From a virus (Duplodnaviria > Caudoviricetes): a DNA stretch of 64,000 nt. Shown here piece after piece: positions 47,243 to 56,396 of the stretch. Position 1 is the first letter of the stretch. Every line of letters begins with the position of its first letter. The stretch is taken from positions 1,153 to 65,152 of IMG/VR virus record IMGVR_UViG_3300045243_000058; one strand, 5' to 3'. A model generated the notes under the pieces. That model did not search any database. It worked only from the letters and a program-made list of their open reading frames with translations, and was not told where the DNA came from. The position numbers and the translations under genes are program-made.

Positions 47243-47427
47243 TGGACGACCGCAACCAGCCAGAGGAGCATCGCCATACCAAGCACATCACCGTGAAGAT
47301 CGACGGTCCGATTCGGATCGTCCTCGAGCAGGCACCGCCACAGACCAGTTCGGCTCCCGTGACCATGAGGGCCACGATCGGGCCGTTCGTTCCGAAAGGC
47401 AGTTCAACCCCAGGAGGCACGATTCTC

Positions 47428-47775
47428 ATGGCCCACGACGTCACCAAGATCAACGACGACCAGAAGACCACGATCCACATCACCGAGATCGACACCGCCG
47501 ACAACAAGCCGGCGAAGATCGACGGCCCGATCGCCTGGAGTTCGAGCGACACGAGCCTCGCCACGGTCGTGCCGTCCGCGGATGGCATGTCCTGTGACGT
47601 GATCACGGGCGTGTCGACCGTGCAGGACGCGCCCGTGGACATCATCGCCACGGCCGACGCGGACCTGACGGCGGGCGTCTCGACGTTCCAGGACGTGTTC
47701 CCGTTCCAGGTCAGCCCGGCGGCCGGTCGCGCGGCGCAGTTCATCGCGACGATCGATCCGCCGAGTCCGAAGTAG
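47428..47775 (+). CDS. Ig-like domain protein (ORF open from 47242)
   Basis: AGGAGG SD at 47412; WSSSDTSLATV Big_2-like motif. Confidence 0.7.
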   Translation: MAHDVTKINDDQKTTIHITEIDTADNKPAKIDGPIAWSSSDTSLATVVPSADGMSCDVITGVSTVQDAPVDIIATADADLTAGVSTFQDVFPFQVSPAAGRAAQFIATIDPPSPK

Positions 47776-47788
47776 GCCACGTTCACTC

Positions 47789-47829
47789 GGGAGCCCGGTC
47801 GCGTCCTCATCCCGCGCGTCCGGGCTCCC
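47789..47829 (+). terminator. Hairpin, possible terminator
   Basis: GGGAGCCCGG/CCGGGCTCCC stem; weak U-tract. Confidence 0.5.
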
Positions 47830-47847
47830 ATTCCGGGAGGTGCCGCG

Positions 47848-48282
47848 ATGGGCGAAGGCAGGCGACAATATACGAGCTGGCCCGTCGCCACCTTTGCAGC
47901 CGTGCTCGTGGCGTGTGGCAGTTTCCTGGTGTGGTACGGGACACGCGAGAGGGCCCACCAGTCGGAGACCGACCGCATCGCGTCTTTGGAGTCAGCGAAC
48001 AAGAAGCTCGAGGAGCGGCAGGGAGCCTCTGAAGTGCGGCAGGAAAATAGCGACTCCCTCCAGACGTGGACCGTCGTAGTGCTCTCCATGATCGCGGACA
48101 GACAGGGGATCAAGAATCTCCCGCCAATCCCCCTGATGCGTCCCGTCCCGCGCGTAACGAGTTGGGTGGCGCCGCAGCCCGTCAAGACGGGGAGCGACAG
48201 CGTGATGGGCCTCATATTCCGGCTCGAGGAGGCACGGCGACAAGAGGACCAGCCGGCAAACGCAACAGGAGGTCAGCGATGA
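47848..48282 (+). CDS. N-terminal TM + coiled-coil protein (i-spanin-like topology)
   Basis: GGAGGT SD; WPVATFAAVLVACGSFLVWYG followed by heptads. Confidence 0.55.
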   Translation: MGEGRRQYTSWPVATFAAVLVACGSFLVWYGTRERAHQSETDRIASLESANKKLEERQGASEVRQENSDSLQTWTVVVLSMIADRQGIKNLPPIPLMRPVPRVTSWVAPQPVKTGSDSVMGLIFRLEEARRQEDQPANATGGQR

Positions 48283-48872
48283 CGATCGACGACAACAAGA
48301 TGACGAAGGGCGAAAAGTGGGTGGCCGCGGCGATCGTGACGTTCCTGGTGGGCGGTGGCGCCCTGATGCTCACAAAGGCGCACAACGCGCCGCCCCCGAG
48401 CGAGGCGCCGCAGGGGAGACTCCACGATGGCGTCATCAGCGAGCAGACGTTCCCGGCCGGGTTCGACGTGACCGGGGAGCCGGACACGGGCCACCTGTGC
48501 CACGGCCTCGAGCACATGCTCCCGGGCGGGAAGACGGAGACGTTCAAGTTCCACCGCATCATGGACCGCGACTTCCGTGACGGGACGGTGGCGGACAAGG
48601 AGCGTTGGATCACCGCCGACGTGAGCGATGACGCTTCCGAGGTTGGGATCGCGTGCGGAGGAGGTGGCGGCGAGGAGTCGCCGTTCTTTTCCCCGGCCTA
48701 CGCTGACACGCGCAGGTGTGATGATTGCGGCGGTGACGGGTGCATCGCCTGGACCTGTCCCGCGACCTTCCACGAGAACACCACGCCGCCCTGCTCACTG
48801 AACGGGTCGACGTGCGCGATCACCTATCTCTGTTGCCCCGGACCTGGATTGACCTGCGTGCCCTCGTGCTGA
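48279..48872 (+). CDS. Membrane-anchored protein with a C-terminal 10-Cys domain
   Basis: AGGAGGT SD; N-terminal TM; C-terminus CDDC...C...C...C...C...CC...C...C. Confidence 0.7.
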   Translation: MTIDDNKMTKGEKWVAAAIVTFLVGGGALMLTKAHNAPPPSEAPQGRLHDGVISEQTFPAGFDVTGEPDTGHLCHGLEHMLPGGKTETFKFHRIMDRDFRDGTVADKERWITADVSDDASEVGIACGGGGGEESPFFSPAYADTRRCDDCGGDGCIAWTCPATFHENTTPPCSLNGSTCAITYLCCPGPGLTCVPSC

Positions 48873-49300
48873 ACTCCCCGCCGCTCTGGCTGTTCGCGGT
48901 CGGAATTATCTGCGGCGAGTTGTATCAGCAATGGCAGTGGATCGTCCGCCACCCCGGAGCGAAGTGGCGCGGCTACTGGAAGGTCGGGGTCCCGCACCTT
49001 CTCGGCAACAGCATCGTCATCGTCGGGACGTACGTCCTATGGTCCGCCGGGCTGCTCGACAAGGCGATCAACGCCGTCATCCCAGAGAAGATCGCTGGTG
49101 TCTGGTCGAACGTCGGCATCCCATTCACGCCCCAGGTCGGGTTCTTCGTCGGCGCCGGAGCGGATGTCTTTGGCGATCAAGTCGCCTACATGATCCGGCT
49201 CCTGATTGGGAGGTGGTGGCCCTCGACCGCCTCGACCATCGCCCCTGCGTCGACCCCGGCCGCACCGCAGCCCCCTGTTCCTGCGCCGCCCGGACCGTGA
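48866..49300 (+). CDS. Multi-TM membrane protein (holin candidate)
   Basis: About 3 hydrophobic segments and a Pro-rich tail. Confidence 0.6.
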   Translation: MLNSPPLWLFAVGIICGELYQQWQWIVRHPGAKWRGYWKVGVPHLLGNSIVIVGTYVLWSAGLLDKAINAVIPEKIAGVWSNVGIPFTPQVGFFVGAGADVFGDQVAYMIRLLIGRWWPSTASTIAPASTPAAPQPPVPAPPGP

Positions 49301-49318
49301 TAGCCTTCCGTGCCGTGA

Positions 49319-49393
49319 ACCTGGGTGGAGCAATGGTAGCTCGTCGCGTTCATACCGCGAAGGCTGCGGGTTCAAGTCCCGCCCCAGGCACCA
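49319..49393 (+). tRNA. tRNA-Met(CAT), initiator-like but non-canonical
   Basis: Full cloverleaf: acceptor aCCTGGG/CCCAGGc, D-stem GAGC/GCTC, anticodon stem TCGCG/CGCGA with loop TTCATAC, T-arm GCGGG-TTCAAGT-CCCGC, encoded CCA. Confidence 0.9.
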
Positions 49394-49421
49394 TCCTCCC
49401 CACCAACCAAAAGGAGACCGC

Positions 49422-49991
49422 ATGAAGATCCGATCCGCTCTGTTCGCCGTCCTGCTCATCGCCGTCGCCGTCCCTGCATTCGCGCAGACCACCGTCCCGC
49501 CGCCTCCGGCCCCGTGGCAGCACAAGACGCAGGAGATCATCGGCTCGCTCGACATCGCCAACGACCAGGCGTCGAACCACACCGTCGTCTCGATCGAGAC
49601 GAGCTGGGCCTACTACACCAGCGACAAGACCGAGGTGGGCGCGGTCGTCTCCGTCATCAAGGGCCGCGTCGACGCGCAGGGAAACGCCGTAGACGGCTAC
49701 GGAGCGGGTCCGTTCTACATGTACAACCTGCCGAAGCTCAAGAAGGGCAACTTCTACATCGGCGGGTACAGCCAGGCGCTCACGGGAGACCTACTCGACG
49801 CCGCGAAACTACAGGCCGCGACGATCGGTGGCTACCGGCTTTACATCGGGAAGTCGAGCGCGATCAGGATCGAGGCGTTCCATACGGCCGCGCTCGCCTC
49901 GAACAACCCTGACGGTGGGCAGCCGCTCAACTCGAACGGCGTCCGCGTCGGCTTTTCGTTAGGTGTGGGACCCGGAACCGTGGTCAACTGA
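49422..49991 (+). CDS. Outer-membrane beta-barrel-like protein
   Basis: AAGGAG SD; Sec signal ending PAFA; about 8 alternating amphipathic strands with aromatic ends (SWAYY, GPFYMYNL, GGYRLY, GVRVGFSL). Confidence 0.7.
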   Translation: MKIRSALFAVLLIAVAVPAFAQTTVPPPPAPWQHKTQEIIGSLDIANDQASNHTVVSIETSWAYYTSDKTEVGAVVSVIKGRVDAQGNAVDGYGAGPFYMYNLPKLKKGNFYIGGYSQALTGDLLDAAKLQAATIGGYRLYIGKSSAIRIEAFHTAALASNNPDGGQPLNSNGVRVGFSLGVGPGTVVN

Positions 49992-50695
49992 TGGGCTTCG
50001 CGGACCTCATGGAGAAAGCCGACGGCCCCGGCGCAATCGGTACCGCGCCCGTCATCCCGGCGACGCCGCCTCCTCCGCAGCGCCTCGTCGTCCTGATTCC
50101 CGGCATCCACGAGGGGAGGGAGAAGGCGCTGCGCTGGATGCAGCCGTTCGCCGACTTCCTCGCGTCGCCCGGAACCGAGGTTCTGATCTACACCCACGCC
50201 TGGCTCTCGGCGCTCGCCACCTTCCTACCGGGCATCGGGAACGTCGTCAGGGAGCATCAGGTCCGGAAGTTTCAGGTCTGGCTCGCGGCCACGCTCGTGA
50301 CGCGCCCAGGGGCTGTTGTGGACGCCGTAGGCCACTCCTTTGGGGGCTATATCCCTTTCGCGGCCATGACCGCCGAGGGAGGCCCTGGAGCGGTCTACAG
50401 GCGCTTGGCGCTGATGGCAGCGACCGTCTCGAGCCGGGAGGACTTCAAGAGCGCGGTGGGGCACTTCCAGGCCATCCTGAACCTCTACAGCACGACCGAC
50501 ACGGTGGTGCTCCTGTCGACCATCGGACAGGCCGGGCGCATCGGCTTCGCCAACGGCATCCCGTTCGACCGGAAACTCGGCAAGCACGACACCGACCCGA
50601 TGGTCCGGAACCTCGACTGCACGCCGTACCGCCACCGGGACTACGAAAACCCCGGCGAGGCGTGGGACGCCGTGCGGGCGTTCCTGGCGACCTGA
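49991..50695 (+). CDS. Alpha/beta hydrolase (lipase/esterase-like)
   Basis: LIPGI oxyanion motif, GHSFG nucleophile elbow, NLYSTTDTV acid, HRDY His. Confidence 0.8.
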   Translation: MGFADLMEKADGPGAIGTAPVIPATPPPPQRLVVLIPGIHEGREKALRWMQPFADFLASPGTEVLIYTHAWLSALATFLPGIGNVVREHQVRKFQVWLAATLVTRPGAVVDAVGHSFGGYIPFAAMTAEGGPGAVYRRLALMAATVSSREDFKSAVGHFQAILNLYSTTDTVVLLSTIGQAGRIGFANGIPFDRKLGKHDTDPMVRNLDCTPYRHRDYENPGEAWDAVRAFLAT

Positions 50696-50730
50696 AGTTC
50701 GTGTAAGTTGCCGCCGTAAAGGAGAACCCC

Positions 50731-51102
50731 ATGTTCAAGAGAAACATCTTCCCGTTCTTGTCGCTCATCGCCATCGTGGCCCTCGGGGCTGTCTTTCTCA
50801 TGGGGGCAAGTTCGAGCACGGTGCGCGGACAGTCCCCGACGAACGTGGCCGTGACGTTGACGACCGGAGGAACAGAATACTGCTCGACCATGACCTCCGA
50901 GACGGTCGCGTTCGTGGCCCACAATCGCCAAGGGCACGACATGAAGCTCGCTTTCGCGACCGGGGGCACGAACACCTCCAACTACCTGACTCTCGTCGGA
51001 GGCACCTACTGGGGCGGCGACATCTTCCTCAAGAACGGCGAAGTCATCTGCTTCCAGTCCGCGGCGAGCGGCGACGTAGCCGAACTCGTTCTTCTCCATT
51101 AG
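50731..51102 (+). CDS. Secreted small beta-sandwich protein
   Basis: AAGGAG SD; signal peptide ending FLMGA; beta-rich mature part with 2 Cys. Confidence 0.7.
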   Translation: MFKRNIFPFLSLIAIVALGAVFLMGASSSTVRGQSPTNVAVTLTTGGTEYCSTMTSETVAFVAHNRQGHDMKLAFATGGTNTSNYLTLVGGTYWGGDIFLKNGEVICFQSAASGDVAELVLLH

Positions 51103-51111
51103 GAGGCCACC

Positions 51112-51360
51112 ATGACGCGCCGTGAACTGATCCTCTGGGTGCTCCTGATCAGCGTGTTCACGATGGGGGCCTTCTGGGGCAACTCCATCACGATGTACAA
51201 GTCCGGTCGCATCTCGTTCACTCCCGGAGCGAACCGCATGTCGATCCCGCAGTGCCCTGCGGGATACGCCGGGATGGAGAATGGGACGATATGCTTTGAC
51301 TACACCGCCGTGAAGCCGGTCTTCGTCATCAAGGACGCGAACGGCCCGAGGTCACTCTGA
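51112..51360 (+). CDS. Secreted small protein
   Basis: AGGAGG SD; signal peptide ending FTMGA; 2 Cys. Confidence 0.65.
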   Translation: MTRRELILWVLLISVFTMGAFWGNSITMYKSGRISFTPGANRMSIPQCPAGYAGMENGTICFDYTAVKPVFVIKDANGPRSL

Positions 51361-53603
51361 TGCGCCACGCGCTCGCGGTCCTCGGGCTGCTCGTCCTCGC
51401 AAGCCTGCCGGCCTCGGCGGCCTCCTACTACTTCTCCGACTGCGGCTGTGACCCCGCTGGCACCGCGAAGCAGGCCGATGCCTGCAACCGTCCGACTCTC
51501 GCCGACGCCTACTGTGCTGGCGACTTCAGCGACTCCGGGACGTTCTACTGCGGCAAAACGTGCGGCGGCTTTCCACCGATCTGTCTCGATGCCTGCACCG
51601 GAGCGACCGCCGTCGCCACCTTCAACTGTGGCGGGGCGATCCCGAATGGCGGCCAACTGGCGAACCCATGGTGCCTCGCCCCGGAATCGTTGCCGAACGG
51701 AACCGTCGTCTCGACCCGTAACTCCTTCGCCGCGATGCAGGATGGTGGTGCTGGATCGAACCTGACTACCGAGCTCGCCGCCGGCGACACGGTGAACCTC
51801 TGCGCCGGTTACTGCGATGGGCAGGGCTCGGCGACTTGGTATATCCAGCCAGGAGTCAAGACGTGCGTTGGGGGGAGCAATGCCGGGGCGACGTGCTCTA
51901 CCGGCGGCGATTGCAACAGCGGATCCTGCGTCCTCACAACGTTCCTCGGCGTTCGCAACGCCGGCACCGATTCCTCGCATCAGATCACGATCCAGCCCTA
52001 CCCCGGCGAAACGGTCGCGCTCGTTGGCGACAGTAACCATAACGGCATATGGGATTCGGGCGAGGTGGTGTCGTGGATGAAGGGCAACACCACGGCCCCG
52101 AATGTCATTCCGAATTGGTGGAAGTTCGAGGGCGACCCGAACAATACCGGTACCACTCACTTGAGCTTCGGCAAGGTCAACGGCAGCACCACCCCGGCTA
52201 TGTTCGATGTGGCTGGAAACTTCGCTGGGCTGGGAAACTTCACCATGCACGGCGTCGAGGTCTATGGCGACGTGCCGGCGATTTGGAACGGAGCGGACTT
52301 TGGCGGGGTGCAGGGATCATGCAACAGCGGCGACGGCGCCTACACCCTCCACTTCGACAACATGAATACCGGCACGGTCAGCATCACCAACAACTACTTT
52401 CACGACATCTGCGGCATCCTCAACCGACTGAATCGCAACAACACGATTGCGATGCCAACGGCTTCGGTGTTCAAGTTCGACAACAACCGGGTCGTCAACG
52501 TCGGGTCGGTGTCATCGAGCAATGTGTTCTCGATTCGTGGGCAGTACGACGCCTCCACGACCGCCGAGGTCATTGGCAATACGATCACCGACTCTGGCGG
52601 CATCACCTTCCGCGACAACTACCAGCATGTGACCGTGACCGACAATACGATTAAGATGACCGGGCGCATCATCAACGGCACGAACGAGGTCGCCATCGCC
52701 TTTCGCAATGAGGACGCCGGCCCGAACTGCACACAGACCTGCTCGATCAGTGGAGATGATTGCGGCAATATCGGCGCTTGCGCGGGAGGCGCCGGGTCTT
52801 GCACCGGCCCCGCCGACTGCTCGATGGACGACATCTACGTCGCTCGGAATCTCATTCTCGGAGCCGCGCATGTGGCTTACGCGCAGCCCGCGTTACCCAA
52901 TCCCGGCGACATCATCACGGGGATCAACATCACGGGTTACTATAACCACGGCGGCGCGACCGCCTATCCCACCCGTTTCGTCATCGAGAACAACATGATC
53001 GGCTACCAGCAGGAGCGGGTCGATGGATCGCAGTGCGGTTCTCTCGGTGGGGCGGGGATCTACTGGCAGTCGCCGACGACGGGGGGCGTCATCCGCAACA
53101 ACACGCTCTACAAGAACTCGCACCCAGCCATCCTCTGCAACGGCCCGGTTGCCTTCACTGACAACATCGTCGCCGCTGGTGGCAACCCTGTCATCCTGAA
53201 CGCCGGGGCGACCGCATCGACAATTCAGTACAACGACCTATACGGGCCCTCGACGATCCTCAATAACAATGGTACGACGTACGCCTGCGCCGCTGCCGCT
53301 ACAATCGGCACGGGCGACATCTGCTCCGCGCCGATCTTCGCTACCTGCGACAACACGACTTACTGCTCGACGATCTCGGGGGCGCCTTCGACTTGGGATC
53401 TCCATCTCTCTGGCGCGCAGGCGTGTGTCGATGCGGGGGCTTCCTGCTCGTGCTTAGATTTCGAGTCTCAGGCACGTCCAGGCGTCTGCACAACGACGGT
53501 GCCGACTTGTGACATCGGCGCCGACGAGTGGTTCTCGTCTTTCACCGCGAATCCGAGCTTCATCCTTCTCCCCCTGCCGCCGCCCTCATCGGCGGCGCGC
53601 TAA
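51360..53603 (+). CDS. Secreted Cys-rich parallel beta-helix protein
   Basis: Signal peptide ending ASA; ITIQPYPGETV, ITNNYFHD, IRNNTLYKN repeats; C-terminal CVDAG...CDIGADE. Confidence 0.8.
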   Translation: MRHALAVLGLLVLASLPASAASYYFSDCGCDPAGTAKQADACNRPTLADAYCAGDFSDSGTFYCGKTCGGFPPICLDACTGATAVATFNCGGAIPNGGQLANPWCLAPESLPNGTVVSTRNSFAAMQDGGAGSNLTTELAAGDTVNLCAGYCDGQGSATWYIQPGVKTCVGGSNAGATCSTGGDCNSGSCVLTTFLGVRNAGTDSSHQITIQPYPGETVALVGDSNHNGIWDSGEVVSWMKGNTTAPNVIPNWWKFEGDPNNTGTTHLSFGKVNGSTTPAMFDVAGNFAGLGNFTMHGVEVYGDVPAIWNGADFGGVQGSCNSGDGAYTLHFDNMNTGTVSITNNYFHDICGILNRLNRNNTIAMPTASVFKFDNNRVVNVGSVSSSNVFSIRGQYDASTTAEVIGNTITDSGGITFRDNYQHVTVTDNTIKMTGRIINGTNEVAIAFRNEDAGPNCTQTCSISGDDCGNIGACAGGAGSCTGPADCSMDDIYVARNLILGAAHVAYAQPALPNPGDIITGINITGYYNHGGATAYPTRFVIENNMIGYQQERVDGSQCGSLGGAGIYWQSPTTGGVIRNNTLYKNSHPAILCNGPVAFTDNIVAAGGNPVILNAGATASTIQYNDLYGPSTILNNNGTTYACAAAATIGTGDICSAPIFATCDNTTYCSTISGAPSTWDLHLSGAQACVDAGASCSCLDFESQARPGVCTTTVPTCDIGADEWFSSFTANPSFILLPLPPPSSAAR

Positions 53604-53613
53604 GGTGACGACG

Positions 53614-56322
53614 ATGCGACGACTACTCCTCTCCCTCGTGCTCCTGATTGGCTCCGCTGTGGTCGCTCAGGCCGCCACCTGCACCCTCAATGCGACATGC
53701 GTCGCCGATGCCACGCACGCCCCCTGCGAGTGCAATAGCGCCGGTAGTTGGACCGACTGCGGCCACGTCCCGACTCAGGCGACGTCGGACGTATGGAGCG
53801 TACCGGCCGGGAAGCAATGCTTCTGGAAGACCGACCCGAACACCCTCGGGGGCACCGGCACGATCAGCGGGACGATGGAGTTCGACGAGACGACCTCCGG
53901 CCGTGACGCCTCCGGGTTCCGCAACCTGACCGTTACGGGGGTCGCTGGTGCCGACATCACCATCGCCTCGGGCGGCAAGCTCGTCATGCGCCGCGGCGAT
54001 CGGCTCAAGTGTGACTCGACGACCGATGTATGCGAGATCGTCGTCAACGACGGGGGACTCCTCGATGTCGAGGGCGACACGTTCGATACGACCATCGCAG
54101 CGGGCGGTGTCGCCACCTCCACGCCGGGCGGTGCCTGCGGTGCTGGACCGCAATACGTCCTCACTCTAACCGACCCACTCGTCCTCCCGGCCTCCGCGAC
54201 CGCCGCTACTCAACTCATCGGCCGCCGCCTTCTCTTCAAGTCGGGGCAGATGGTGGACCGCCAGTTCGAGATCACCACTGCCGCGCTACAGGCTGCCCCG
54301 CTCCCGACGACCCCGCCGCGTGTCGTCAGCGTCACGATCTGCCCCGACGCCACCGACACGGCGAACGGTATCTTACAGCGGCTCACTCCGCACGCGACCT
54401 TGGCGGCTCGCACCAAACCGGCGGCGCACCACCTCCAGCCGTCCATTGGCGCGAACGCGGCCTGCACAGGCGCGGACGCCCCGGCGACCTTTGGTTGCTG
54501 CACCGGGGCCGGGGCTGGCTACTGCTCCCTCGTCGCTCCACTTGCCGGTGACGCCATCACCATCATCCGCGATGCCCACATCGTCGAGAGCGCGGGCGGG
54601 AAGGGGATCTGGATTCACACCGCGACCGGCGGCACCACGACGCCCCCGGTGTTCAGCGCGGTCAATTTCGCCCTCCGCGATGCCGACACCAACACCGACG
54701 CGGTGGTGCGGATCAGCGCGAAGCAGAACGGTGTCGCGACGAAGCCGTACACCTATATCAACCTCCACGACTCGAACGCCTCCAACGGATTCAAGGTCGA
54801 GGGCTTCCAGAACGTCGTCTGGATGTGGGGGGTGTGTCACGATGAGCAGGCGAACGCCGGCACGACGCAGGGCTGCTTCTACCTCGACGGCCTCCAAGCC
54901 GGGACGAATGGCTGCTCCGCCGGCTGCCCCTACGACAGCTCGATCTTCTCCCACAACGAGGGCTTCCGCTGCAAGCAGAATTGCCTCGCCTACGGCTCAA
55001 GTGACGCGACCGCTTCCCTCGGCGCGGCCGGCGACTACAACCTCGTCTACCAGGGCTGCGCCGCCGGTTCGGCTGAGTGTCACGGCTTTGAGATGGCGCA
55101 GGCTGGTTCGGCGGCAGGGAGGGTCTCCCACGCTACCGGCAACGTGACGTACGACCTGTACGTCAACGGGATCAACAGCGAAGGCGCTCACTCTGGCGGC
55201 TCCGCTCTCGGTGCGGCCGTCGTCAACGACTCCTTTACTGTCAACGTCACCGGCCCGGGCGTCGGACTCGGCCCGAACGATGTCGGCACACGCAACTACG
55301 TCAGCCATACGAAAGTCTCCTCCGCCGCCGGCACGCAGAGTTCCATCGCCGGCAAGCACTACAGCGGCATCTACAAGAACGCCAATCTCGGCAACGTGAC
55401 CCCCGGTGCGATGATCTTCGATCCCGTCGCGGTCTACGGGACCTACTTCATGCCGCTCGATGATGTGCTCGTCGGCGGGACCGACTGTCCTGGTACGGAC
55501 AATCAATGCACCAACTCGACGCTGCAATTCATCAACGTCGCCTCGCCACCGCCGCTCGTCTTTATCCTCGACAACATCCTCGGCCCGCTCGCGCTGACGG
55601 GCGCCTCGGGTGATGCCTGCGGCTCCATCGGACTCACCTGCTCGGGCAGCGGCTCGCCGGTCAACTTCGGTCTCACTATCGGCCACAACGTCTACGACGA
55701 CCGCAACCGGATGGTCGTCGAGTCAAACGGTCGCCATCGCTTCATCTTCGAGGGCTTCGGTGGCGGTTCAGGCAGCGGCAACACCTTCACCCTCTACGAC
55801 AACGCCTACATGGGCGGGGCCACGGGGGTCAACTCCATCGCACCTTCCGGCCCCGGCACCTGGAACGTCACGAACACTTGGGTCAAGAACACGACCACAA
55901 GCGGCGTCGATGCGTGGAGCGACCCGAATGGCGCCCTCACCACGAACACCCTTTACACCCGCGTCCCGTCGCTCGACTACTTCGGCGCCGCCTACTCCAA
56001 TTTCACTCTCCCCGCCGGCGCTCCGATGCTGACCTCCGGCACCAACCCTGCCGGGTCCGCTGTCGGCCCGCGAGGCTTCCTCTACAACCGCAACGCGATC
56101 AACTCCCCGTGGGGATACGGCCTCCCGTTCGATGGCGAGATGCCGACCAACTTCTCCAACGGTTCCTGCACCGTGACGCTCAACGGCATACCGACGGTCG
56201 AGCCCTGCGGCACCGATACCGACGGCGACGGCGTTCTCGATATTCACGACGACTGCCCCACGGACTTCGACCCGGGGCAGTTCGACGCCAACAGTGACGG
56301 CGTCGGGGACGCCTGTCAGTGA
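53614..56322 (+). CDS. Secreted Cys-rich beta-helix protein with C-terminal thrombospondin type-3 repeat
   Basis: Signal peptide ending AQA; beta-helix-like repeats; DTDGDGVLDIHDDCP...DANSDGVGDAC. Confidence 0.8.
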   Translation: MRRLLLSLVLLIGSAVVAQAATCTLNATCVADATHAPCECNSAGSWTDCGHVPTQATSDVWSVPAGKQCFWKTDPNTLGGTGTISGTMEFDETTSGRDASGFRNLTVTGVAGADITIASGGKLVMRRGDRLKCDSTTDVCEIVVNDGGLLDVEGDTFDTTIAAGGVATSTPGGACGAGPQYVLTLTDPLVLPASATAATQLIGRRLLFKSGQMVDRQFEITTAALQAAPLPTTPPRVVSVTICPDATDTANGILQRLTPHATLAARTKPAAHHLQPSIGANAACTGADAPATFGCCTGAGAGYCSLVAPLAGDAITIIRDAHIVESAGGKGIWIHTATGGTTTPPVFSAVNFALRDADTNTDAVVRISAKQNGVATKPYTYINLHDSNASNGFKVEGFQNVVWMWGVCHDEQANAGTTQGCFYLDGLQAGTNGCSAGCPYDSSIFSHNEGFRCKQNCLAYGSSDATASLGAAGDYNLVYQGCAAGSAECHGFEMAQAGSAAGRVSHATGNVTYDLYVNGINSEGAHSGGSALGAAVVNDSFTVNVTGPGVGLGPNDVGTRNYVSHTKVSSAAGTQSSIAGKHYSGIYKNANLGNVTPGAMIFDPVAVYGTYFMPLDDVLVGGTDCPGTDNQCTNSTLQFINVASPPPLVFILDNILGPLALTGASGDACGSIGLTCSGSGSPVNFGLTIGHNVYDDRNRMVVESNGRHRFIFEGFGGGSGSGNTFTLYDNAYMGGATGVNSIAPSGPGTWNVTNTWVKNTTTSGVDAWSDPNGALTTNTLYTRVPSLDYFGAAYSNFTLPAGAPMLTSGTNPAGSAVGPRGFLYNRNAINSPWGYGLPFDGEMPTNFSNGSCTVTLNGIPTVEPCGTDTDGDGVLDIHDDCPTDFDPGQFDANSDGVGDACQ

Positions 56323-56363
56323 GCATAGAGAACATCTAGCCACAACCCAACCCCGCGAGTGAG

Positions 56364-56396
56364 CCCGGCCGGTCTAGACGGCCGGGATTTTTCTTT
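56364..56396 (+). terminator. Rho-independent terminator ending the late region
   Basis: CCCGGCCG/CGGCCGGG stem followed by ATTTTTCTTT. Confidence 0.85.
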
